Below are positions 35,866 to 45,033 of a stretch of DNA of 64,000 nt, in pieces. A program made the position numbers and the translations under genes. Source of the stretch: Hyaloraphidium curvatum SAG 235-1 (taxonomy: Eukaryota; Fungi; Monoblepharomycota); the NCBI GenBank assembly GCA_025558095.1, contig JAIVFI010000010.1, forward strand, positions 310,001-374,000. The letters run 5' to 3'. The notes below the pieces were generated by a model. It searched no databases. It was not told the origin of the DNA and saw only the letters and a program-made list of their open reading frames with translations. Each line of letters starts with the position of its first letter. Within the stretch, counting starts at the first letter, position 1.

Positions 35866-36338
35866 CTTGAGTGGTTAGGGTTGAAGTTGGAATGGGATGG
35901 CCCGACCCGGCGGGAGACCGCTTTTTGATTGCTCACGGCCCTCCCGCCTCGCGGACCGGCCTCCCGACGAACCTCCCGGTGCCGTTGCTCTCTCGACTCC
36001 GGTCGTGTGTCCGTCGCCCGGAGAAGCACACGCGGGCATCGGCATTACATGTCGTCACGATCTGGCTGCATTCGGCGCTTCTTGTTGCATCGAAATGCGT
36101 CCGGACTTGGGGAGGGTCGCGAGGGTTGTGGCGAAGGCGGGAGGGTCGTCACGAGGATCGCACCGGCACACCGGCAGCCCAAAGAATCCAGAGTACTCCT
36201 TCAATTCACCTCGAACGAGGTCGCCGCCACATTCCGCGTCCAGTTCCGCCTCAAGTCTCGAAGCCGTAAGCGGCGAGGCCCGCTCTCCTGTCCCCTCTCC
36301 CGGCGGAACGCTGACGCCGCCGCTCCGCTCCGCAGCCC

Positions 36339-36536
36339 ATGTCCGACAACCAGGTCAACAACCCCGCGCAGTGCGCCAGCAACATCATCACCATGACCAA
36401 TACCGGTATGGCCATTGGCGCCAGGATCGGAGCGGCCGGCGGTCCCATCGGCACTGCCGTCGGGTCCGCGGCCGGCATGGCCATCGGGATGGTGGCCGGG
36501 GCTTCGACCGAGGCCTGCCAGGAGCAGAAGAAATGA
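36339..36536 (+). CDS. 65-aa glycine-zipper peptide with two flanking Cys (bacteriocin-like), copy 1
   Basis: C...TGMAIGARIGAAGGPIGTAVGSAAGMAIGMVAG...C; GC3-rich codons; preceded by intron 36266-36335 (GTAAGC...GCTGAC...CAG). Confidence 0.75.
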   Translation: MSDNQVNNPAQCASNIITMTNTGMAIGARIGAAGGPIGTAVGSAAGMAIGMVAGASTEACQEQKK

Positions 36537-36817
36537 CGCAGCACTCGTTGCAAGGTGCGTTGAACTCTCCAGACGCGTCTCCGTAACATTTTTAACTGAC
36601 TCGTTCCGCCAAGGTCAGCACACGAAAGTGCAGAACGCCAAGAACCCAAGAACACAAGATAAAGGAGGCGATGATCAAACACCAGCAAACATTCGTTTCA
36701 ATTAGAGGCATTCCATCGTTGAGCAATCACCCGCCTGTTTACCACTTCGATCATCCGAGACTTCCCGAGGTCGTCTATATCGTCCACGGCAGAGCCCTTC
36801 CCACATTCAGCTGGCTC

Positions 36818-38311
36818 ATGGCGCTTCAACCTCTTGCGGCGTTTTTCGGGGCCTTTCGCGGCCTGGCTCGCGACTCTTCTCCCGCTTCCTCCGCCGCGTG
36901 TATCGACCGCGTCCCGAAAGAGGTGGCCGACCTCATCTTCACCTACCTCGCGTACCAGGACCTGGCTCGGCTCTCTCGCACGTCGAAGATTTGGCGGAGC
37001 CTCGCGATCCCCTTCTTATACCGCGCAGTAGACCTGCGCGACAGTCGCATTTCCCCCGAACTTCACCGCGACCACCTGGAGTGGGTCAGGGAGCTCACTG
37101 CCCCAGCTGGCGAAGGCGATGAACAAGAGGGTCGGCTTTCTGACTTTCTGTGGCAGTGCTTTCGCTTGAGGCGACTGGTCCTGGTCGGGACACGCAAGTA
37201 CGGCCTCGAACGAGCGCTGCGGGGGAGCATGAGGCGCCCTCTCAATGAGCTTATTGAGCTGGACATTGATATCAGTTCGATGTTCACGCCGCCTGAATGG
37301 AGCCTGGGGCTTCGTTCGCTGCCCGAGCGCGCGTGGCGGATTACCTTGCGGTGCCGAAGAGACGACGGCTCCATCGACGTTGCGAATGGGTTTTCCCTGC
37401 CTTTCTTTCTTGAGCATACGCTTTGTTTGTTCCCCGGCCTCGCTGAGCTGCGCCTCGACCTCGTCCTTGTGTCACCGCTTCCGCTTTCCGATCGGCCCTT
37501 CGTTTGGACCAACCTTGCCCCGTGTTTGCGCGAGCTCCGGCTCACAGGGTCCGCCCTGAATGAGTTGGCTGGCGTACAGTGCGGCCTTTTGCGAGAGATT
37601 CGGCTCGACCTTTTGGGTCTGTACGAATCCTTGACCTTGGAGCACGTGCGACACCTGGAAAGCCTACCCGTCGCCCCCAAAAGGCTCGTATTGCTGTGGG
37701 TGCACGAAGATCTGGATCGCCTGCGGGATCTGGTTCGGGGTTTCATACGGTACCCCTCTGTCGAGATCCATAGGCCGTTCGGAAGGCCTTCACCGGACCT
37801 CGGGGAGGCGCTCATGGAAGATGGCGGAATCTCGCACCTAAGGATTGTGCTGCACAACTTTCCGCGCGTCATGGACTCGATGGCGTACAGTGAGTTGGGC
37901 CTGTGGGAGGAGCAGTTCGGCCCGCCTGTTCAGGAAGGAAGGACAGCAACGTTCGTTTGGCCCCAAGCCAAGACGCATGGTGCAGCGCAGTGGATGCAGA
38001 GCGCAGTGCGGCTCATGCGTCCGCATCTTGCGAGTCTGCAATTGCGAAACGTCTTCGGCACCATCTTCTACCATTCTGTGGTATACGTGATATCTTTAAG
38101 GCTCTTAGGCCGCTATGTCAGGACCGCAACAAGGTCTACGACCGGTTTCAATTCAAGTTTTGTCTCTTGGATGATTTTCCAGGCGCTGGTACCCCTGGTC
38201 GTTCAGAGATTGCTGTCCACGCAGCTTGTGTGGCACCAGCAGTGGGTGGCTAACCTCGGACTTCTACTGTTTGCGGCGCATACAGCGTGGCGGCGCGCTT
38301 CCTCGGCGTAG
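36818..38311 (+). CDS. F-box protein with degenerate LRR-like repeats and hydrophobic C-terminus, copy 1
   Basis: IDRVPKEVADLIFTYLAYQDLARLSRTSKIWRSLAIPFLYRAVDL F-box; LRRLVL, LAELRL, LRELRL repeats; single long ORF. Confidence 0.75.
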   Translation: MALQPLAAFFGAFRGLARDSSPASSAACIDRVPKEVADLIFTYLAYQDLARLSRTSKIWRSLAIPFLYRAVDLRDSRISPELHRDHLEWVRELTAPAGEGDEQEGRLSDFLWQCFRLRRLVLVGTRKYGLERALRGSMRRPLNELIELDIDISSMFTPPEWSLGLRSLPERAWRITLRCRRDDGSIDVANGFSLPFFLEHTLCLFPGLAELRLDLVLVSPLPLSDRPFVWTNLAPCLRELRLTGSALNELAGVQCGLLREIRLDLLGLYESLTLEHVRHLESLPVAPKRLVLLWVHEDLDRLRDLVRGFIRYPSVEIHRPFGRPSPDLGEALMEDGGISHLRIVLHNFPRVMDSMAYSELGLWEEQFGPPVQEGRTATFVWPQAKTHGAAQWMQSAVRLMRPHLASLQLRNVFGTIFYHSVVYVISLRLLGRYVRTATRSTTGFNSSFVSWMIFQALVPLVVQRLLSTQLVWHQQWVANLGLLLFAAHTAWRRASSA

Positions 38312-38411
38312 TTTGCGGACTGTTGTGTGGAGCGTTTCCACCGCGCCGCCATTGCAGCCTGGATGGTGGCCAGCAAACCGAGAAGGGCCGGGCAGCACCA
38401 GTCTTCACGTT

Positions 38412-39659
38412 CTAGTAAGTCCTCCTCGGATACATCAGCGACATGTACCGGGCTACAAGGTCCCATAGATCTACCAACATGCTGTTCGTCACGTTGTTTG
38501 CAACTCCCATCCCATCCTGAAGTCCGGGCTGTTGTTCCACAGATTGCACAACTGGATCATTCGCAGGAAGTTCCAGTGCCAAGGCCATTGCAGCAATGAG
38601 GTCACGCGAGCCTGGCAGCCAGAAATCAAGAGCAAAGAGCAGGAACTTGGTCCTGATAAACCTTGCTGCCTGGGCAAGGGCCACGTGGATTTCGGCGAAG
38701 CCAAACTCGACCCAGGCACCAAAGCGGAACTCAACACTGTCCACAAGAGACGCTTGCACATGCTGATCGCGCCGCCAAGCTTCTGCTTGGTTGAACGGCA
38801 GTCTGGGGGTTGTGAAGGCTTTTCGGCCTCTACCGCGAACCACTAGCATGAGCTCTATGCGTTGTGGTGGGATGCCGCAAACCGCATTGTACTTGATGAC
38901 GGCGCGCACACGAACCGTAATCTGAGGCAAGGAAGCAACAAGTGGTTGGAAGAAACCCACCAAAGAGTTGCGTGCCCAATATCTCACCCTGTGAACTATG
39001 TCGTAATTCTCAGCATAGAGCACAAAGCGGCCATCATCCGAGATTGAAAGCTCTGCGGTGTACGTGCTCGTACCATTGACGCCAGGAATGATTGTTCCCA
39101 GCCTATTGAGTATGTCCCCGATGCTGCGGCCGCCCCAGACCACGCCAGTACGGCCCCGCATGTGCACAGTTTGTCGCCCAAACAGTACGAGAGGATCTTC
39201 AATCTCCTCCATCCACTTCTGATCCGCACTTAAGTGCGCGGTCCCTTCAGTCACATCAAAACCGGGAGGCGAAAAAGACGTCGAGGGAGGGGAAGACAGG
39301 TTGGATGTCACTGCAACAGCTTGACTTTCAGGGTCTGGCATATCGGATCGTGGCCTCTTGCGTGGGTAGAAGAGCGCCGTCATAGGGTCCGCGTCCGACG
39401 GCAACACCGAAGCTGCTCCGGCAGTGAACCTGCCCATGTTGGTGCGAGACTGGGAAACAGCTTCCTGACCAGAAATTGGGCGGGGAGAACGCTGCGCATG
39501 AGGCCGCACCGCGCTACCGTTGCCCCTCGTAAGGGCCGGAACCACAACACCGACGCTCGCGGTCGGGGTGAAGTTGAATTGAGCATGGTTCGGGTTGCCG
39601 GTGCCGAAAGCGAAGAGCCCTCCTTGGGCTGCGGCCGAGCGCGCTCTAACAGGGGCCAA
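38412..39659 (-). CDS. Hypothetical protein (415-aa ORF, start uncertain), copy 1
   Basis: Long ORF in lower-GC DNA with a PRKRPR basic patch; no recognised domain. Confidence 0.45.
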   Translation of the reverse strand: MAPVRARSAAAQGGLFAFGTGNPNHAQFNFTPTASVGVVVPALTRGNGSAVRPHAQRSPRPISGQEAVSQSRTNMGRFTAGAASVLPSDADPMTALFYPRKRPRSDMPDPESQAVAVTSNLSSPPSTSFSPPGFDVTEGTAHLSADQKWMEEIEDPLVLFGRQTVHMRGRTGVVWGGRSIGDILNRLGTIIPGVNGTSTYTAELSISDDGRFVLYAENYDIVHRVRYWARNSLVGFFQPLVASLPQITVRVRAVIKYNAVCGIPPQRIELMLVVRGRGRKAFTTPRLPFNQAEAWRRDQHVQASLVDSVEFRFGAWVEFGFAEIHVALAQAARFIRTKFLLFALDFWLPGSRDLIAAMALALELPANDPVVQSVEQQPGLQDGMGVANNVTNSMLVDLWDLVARYMSLMYPRRTY

Positions 39660-39984
39660 GAGGGCTTCGTGTCCGTAACCCGCGCAATCAGATACCGAAA
39701 CTGGAGCCGAGGGAAAAGCTGGCGGATCGTCCGGACTCGCTGGCAGATCTGGTTCGTCGCCGTTGGGCGGCCAGTGGGATCCGTGCGGTACGTCGTTGAG
39801 GGCTGCAAAGCTTGGTGTTTCCCTGCCTGTAGCCGAGGAACCCCGTTGCGCAACACGAGAGCTCGACGTGCTGACGTCGCAGAACTGGGTGTACTTCCTC
39901 TCGATGCATGCTTTGGCGTGGGCCCCTTCCTGTCCGCTGAGTAGTTGCGAGAGTCAGAGAAACGTCAACAAGCACAACGCAACA

Positions 39985-40386
39985 CTACCTCGCAACCTTG
40001 CGTTTGAAAGCGTTACAGAACAAGCACAAGGAAAGTTTCTCCGTGCCGAGATCTACGATGACGAAGCCCATCCACGTGGCTTCGGGCTTGTTCTCCACGT
40101 AGAACCAATAGGCGCGGTCGCGGAGGAGCTCGAGCCGCCAGGCGGATTTGTCCCAAATATAATCCAGAATGCTGTCGATTCTCTGCCGCGCCTTCTCGTC
40201 GAAGCTCGCGTACGAGCGCCAGGTCTGGCACGGGTTCTGTGCGCGAGTCGCGGGCCTGTCCTCGACTTCCGGGGGATTGGGACGCGCGTATCCAAGGACG
40301 CCGTCCAAAGCTTGGAAAGACTCCAGGCTCTGCCAAGCCTCCTTCATCCGCGCAGCGTCTCCGTTGTCCGCGGCACCCGCAGCCAT
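39985..40386 (-). CDS. Hypothetical Trp/aromatic-rich protein (133 aa), copy 1
   Basis: Globular-looking composition (RIDSILDYIWDKSAWRLELLRDRAYWFYVE...WMGFVIVDL). Confidence 0.55.
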   Translation of the reverse strand: MAAGAADNGDAARMKEAWQSLESFQALDGVLGYARPNPPEVEDRPATRAQNPCQTWRSYASFDEKARQRIDSILDYIWDKSAWRLELLRDRAYWFYVENKPEATWMGFVIVDLGTEKLSLCLFCNAFKRKVAR

Positions 40387-40667
40387 TGTTCCCCGTCTCT
40401 GGCGCGGCCGACGGGGCACACGGGAAGCAAAAACCCCGCGATGCGGAACGGGCGATACGACGAACGAGTTTTGCGCGGAGCGGGGCGGGAGGTACGTTCC
40501 CGCTGACTCCTGTGAGGGCGGAAGTTGGAAGGGTTCCGAGTGTTCCGTGCTGTGCCGCATCAGCCGAGCCCCAGGGTGAAAACCGCCTCGTGTCTTTCAA
40601 TGATGGATCATGTGCGGGCGGTTTGCGTTCTCCAAAAAACGTAGCTTTGCATGCCTGGTGCTATCTG

Positions 40668-41972
40668 CTACGCCAGCAACCACCCGCGCACGCCGCGGCC
40701 GACAATGGCCACGAAGGCCGCGTAGCCCGCAGCCTGCCAAAGCAACGGCACCCCCATCCATGCCAGGCACGCCGCAGCCGACCCATGCACCGTCGTCCAC
40801 GCCGCGAGCAGACGCCCCAGATCGGCCGGCGAAGGGCCGATCTCGATCACCGTCCGTCGAAGCGCAGCTTGCCGCCTGCCCACGACGCAGAGGTCCTCGA
40901 CGTCCGCCAGCGGCGTCCAGTCCCCCTTCAAATGCATGTTTCGGAGGGCGGCGTCGGATTCCAGCCAGCGATCGGCGAGCCACGAGGCGAACGAGGCCAG
41001 GTCCTCCGCATCCTCGTCGCCGAGCCCGTGCTTCGCCGGAGGGCCGAAGCCAGGCCGTGATTGCGGCCGCTGCCCTGCGGCAACGATGCCGTCTGCGGTA
41101 TGGGGCGTCGATCGGGCGATACCGGGGATCCGGTCAAGGGGAAACCTCCTAAGCAGCCATTCGCAGGTTCCAGGCGGCTCGCCTTCCACCAGCATCGTCC
41201 GCGGCGTGTAAACCTCCTCCGCGTACCGGCCCTCGGAGAGCGCTCCGTAGGTGGCCGCGACGAGGTACAGCGCGCTCTGTTTGGCGCCTCCCGCGGCAAG
41301 CCGGCGCAGCAGCAGCCACAGCCCCGCGCTGTGCGGCATCAACGTGCCCTCGAAAGGGTGCGGCAGGTCCTGCCTCGCCGCATACGCCCGCGACCGCCCG
41401 ATCGCCCGCTCGGAGAGCGCGACGCCCTCCGGGTAGACCACTGTCCACGCCGAATCCGCCAGGGCCGCGCCGGCGTGCCGCCCGATCGCCGCGGCGTCGT
41501 GCGCCCACTCCTGCCGCAGCATGAGGTGCCCCATGGTCCTCAGGCATGCGCCGACGAGGGGCAGACCGGCCAGCGACGCCTTGAGCGCGAACCGGGCGTC
41601 CGCGCCGCGCCCCAGGGAGGAGGCCGCGGCGCACGCGTATGCCCAGTCCATGCGCGAGAGGTGGTTGCTGGCGATCACCGGCGATGCCTCGAAGCGCAGG
41701 CCGTCGAGGGTTTCGCGGCCTTCAACGTGGATCACCAGGCACGGCACTGCCCCCCGCCGCGAGGCCATAACGCGCATGAAAAGGGACACAAAGGAGCTAA
41801 AAAGCCCCGCCGCGAAGCGCCGCATTGTCTTTTGCAAGGCTTGCAGCCTCGCAAAGGGCCCCACGGGGAAGAGCGCGAGGTTCTGCAGCGCGACTACGGT
41901 GGAGAGCACGGACGCGAGCAGGCCCGCGAAAGAAGCTGCGGCGAGAACTTGGAGCGCCGCATGGCGCGGCAT
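40668..41972 (-). CDS. PlsC-type lysophospholipid acyltransferase (LCLAT1/Cst26-like), intronless, copy 1
   Basis: SNHLSRMDW (NHxxxxD), FALKASLAGLPLVG, VVYPEG; N- and C-terminal TM segments. Confidence 0.85.
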   Translation of the reverse strand: MPRHAALQVLAAASFAGLLASVLSTVVALQNLALFPVGPFARLQALQKTMRRFAAGLFSSFVSLFMRVMASRRGAVPCLVIHVEGRETLDGLRFEASPVIASNHLSRMDWAYACAAASSLGRGADARFALKASLAGLPLVGACLRTMGHLMLRQEWAHDAAAIGRHAGAALADSAWTVVYPEGVALSERAIGRSRAYAARQDLPHPFEGTLMPHSAGLWLLLRRLAAGGAKQSALYLVAATYGALSEGRYAEEVYTPRTMLVEGEPPGTCEWLLRRFPLDRIPGIARSTPHTADGIVAAGQRPQSRPGFGPPAKHGLGDEDAEDLASFASWLADRWLESDAALRNMHLKGDWTPLADVEDLCVVGRRQAALRRTVIEIGPSPADLGRLLAAWTTVHGSAAACLAWMGVPLLWQAAGYAAFVAIVGRGVRGWLLA

Positions 41973-42427
41973 CGCGGCCGGGCTCCGCGTGGGACGCGTC
42001 GGAACGGGGCCGCCGCGTCCAATTTTGGGATGCGGCCTTCTCGTTTGCGTGGGTGACGGGACGTGATCCCCCGCTGGGGTTCCCCGCTAGTTCCCCGCCA
42101 ACTCCCCCGCGAAGGCGCGGAGATCGACCCATCTTCGAAATCCTCGAGCACGGCCGCCAGATGATGGCCAATAACCCGCAGCTGGACGGCGTGGCAGCTT
42201 CAAGATTCGGAGTCAGGCGCCTGGTCAAGCCAGGACATCCGCGGAAGCGGCAGGTATCAGTTCGAACCCCCATCGGGGGCCGCCAGCGCCTTGTACACTC
42301 TGTGCGTGACGTACTACCGCGTTGCACCCGGGACGGCGCCATCCCGCGCCATCAGCCCCCGTCCCGTCCGGAACGCCGCGGGACCACTTTGCGCCTGTAC
42401 CGCGTCGTCCCCACCACATCACCCCCG

Positions 42428-42677
42428 CGCGGACGGCATGGCCAAGCTCCTCGCCCACCCATGCCAGCGGGTCCTCCCGCAGGACAACCTGACGCCGCTG
42501 CTCAACAAGCCGGCTCCCGCGCCGCCCCCGTACCGGCGCAGCTGCCGTCCAATACCGGGCAGCTCCGCGGCGCCTTCGGCAGCACCGACCCCCAGCCCAC
42601 GGACTTCCCCGCAGCCGGCGCAGCAGCGGCCGCAGAGCACCTCCCCTCTGCCGCCTCTGCCTCCGCCGCAGTCATGA
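42428..42677 (+). pseudogene. BABAM1 3' fragment (repeat junction 1)
   Basis: ADGMAKLLAHPCQRVLPQDNL..., homologous to 28908-29160 with indels; no 5' part. Confidence 0.85.
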
Positions 42678-45033
42678 AGCAAATCACTTCCATACCATGT
42701 ATTTTTGATTCCAAGAACGAGAGCACCTACTTGCCGGCCCGCCGGCGGGGCGCGCCACGCGCCCCCGGTATCGTCCCCTCCCACCATCCTCTTTCTCACG
42801 GCGCCGGCGAGAACGCCTGCCCCAGATACGCCGAATAGTCCGATCCCCCCGAGACCTGCGGCATCCCGCCCGCCAGCTTCTGCGCCACCGCGGGCTTGAT
42901 CCCCGCCCGCACGAGGTCGTCCGCGGTGATGAAGTTGCGCTCGCCCGCGACGGCCTTGAACGCCCCCAGGAGCTGCTCCGGGGTGGTCTGGTCCTCCTCG
43001 ATCGAGCGTACGAAACCGATGTAGGGCTCGAACGTGACCTCCTCCGTCCCCTTGGAGGCGTCGTGGAACACCTTCTCGAACTCCTCGTCCTGCGATTTCG
43101 TGTCAGCATTCAATGTGCGGACCGCCGGCCGCCGCAAACGCACCGAGTAGACGATCCCCATGGCCTGCAGCGCCGCCTTGAACTCGAGCCTGTTGAGTGA
43201 GTTGCTGTTGTCCCTGTCCAGCTGCCTGAAGGCGTTCGAGTACTCCTCCAGCTTCCCGGGCGCGATGTCGGTCCGCGTCCGCGCCACCATCTGGTTCTGG
43301 ATGAAGGACGCCTTCTTGCCGGCGCCGATGCCGAGCTGCTCCAGGTCGAAGGCGAGGTCGTCGGGCGAGTAGATTGTGTAGACGTTGTCGGCGATGCTGC
43401 CGGCCTCGCGCGTCTCGTTGTAGAGCGCCTCGACGTTCTACGGGCCGGCGAGGGATGGTCAGTATCGGCTCGACCTTGGCAGGACTGAGACCAACCTTGA
43501 GCGGCCCGTTCAGGGAGCCCAGCTTGGCCTGCAGCCCCTTGACGGCCTCGAGCTGCTTCTCCAGGCTCATCTCGGGGTCCAGCGACGCCAGGTCGCGCGA
43601 CAGCCCCTCGATGTCCCGCGCGAGCGCGTTGGCCGCGTCCGCGTACTTCTTCCTCAGCCGGTCCCTGGCCTCGGCGATGTAGGCCGTGATCCCGGACTTG
43701 CGCTTGCTCTCGGCGGCCAGGAGGTCCTGCCACGAGCTGTCGATGTCGGCGGGGGTGCAGCCCGCGGGCGGGGCGTAGGCGGCGAGGTTGTAAGTCTTGA
43801 GCTTGGTGGCGATGTTGCCGAGGAGCGTGTCCAGGTCGCGCTTCTCGACGACCCACGAGCGCTTCTGGCCCAGCTTGTGGTTCGTCTCGAACTCGTTGAG
43901 CTGGGCCATGGCGTCCGAGTAGGAGGAGAAGGACGACGAGCTCCAGGCCGAGACCTGGTCCGCGATCGCCTTCATCAGCGCTGCAAAGACAAAGCGTGAG
44001 TCTCGGTCGATGAAATGCCCGCACAGCCGACCGCCCACCCCTCGCCCGCTCCTCAAAGTCGTTCTGCATCATCCACGCCTGCTCCATGACCTCGGCAAAC
44101 TTGCCCACCCGCCTCTGCGCCGTCTCGAGCTTGTCGCTCCCCGCAAAGGCGTGGAAGTACTGCGCCACGTAGGTCATGACCGAGCGCTCGTCGGGCTTGA
44201 CGACCTCGGTCAGGTCCTCGGGGGCAAACAGCTTGGGGATCCCCAGGTCGCGCTCGGCCACCTCCATGGCCAGCGCCGCGTTCTCGGTCTTCTTCTTGGT
44301 GTCGAGCGCGTAGAAATCCAGCAGCTCGGGGCGGTGCCGGTGGATCAGCGCGCACAGGGCCAGGCCGTCGTTCCAGGAGAAGGTGAAGTCCTTGACGTCC
44401 ACCGTCGGCTTGTAGGGGGCCGTCTTGCGCTGGCACCACAGCAGCAGGCCCTCCTTGGCCGTCAGGCCCTCCTCGGAGATGTCGGCGATGGAGAAGCGCA
44501 GGATGAGAGACCAGATCAGGCCCAGGATCAGCTTCGAGTTCTGGTCCACGATGTCCTCGGCGCCGACTGCGGCGGGGGGTAAGCGGGACGTGCCGGCCGG
44601 CCGGGCGGCGGCACCCACTGTTGGTCAGCTGGATGTTCCGGGACTTGATGAACTGGAGGACCTTGTTGCAGTTCTCCACCTTCTGGATCCGCAGCTTGGG
44701 GTTCTTGTTGTACCGCCCCAGGCTCTCCTCGCCAATGACCTCGAGCAGCTGGATCAGCGGCTCGCCCGTGCTCACATCGGTGGTGATGTTGCCGATGGGA
44801 GGGAGCCGTTTGTCGGTGAGCTTGGAGTTGGCCCAGTTGGTGAAGGTCTTGATCTGGATCTCTTCCCTAAGCAGGGCAGGGAGAGGAGGAGCGACGCGTC
44901 GGAGTCTGTCCGGAGGTGCGCGGCGCGGGAAACCCACCACTTCTTGTCCAGACTGTGGGCCGTATCGACGACTGCAGCTTTTCCGGGGTCAGCCAGACCA
45001 ATATGCGGCTCAGGAGCGTGTAAGGATCCCACC

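Noticed and set aside
42066-42091. Possible Helitron 3' end (CCCC-gct-GGGG hairpin followed by CTAG-T)
   Set aside because: The stem is only 4 bp in GC-rich DNA, it is not at the cargo boundary (42427), and no Rep/helicase or matching 5' end was found.
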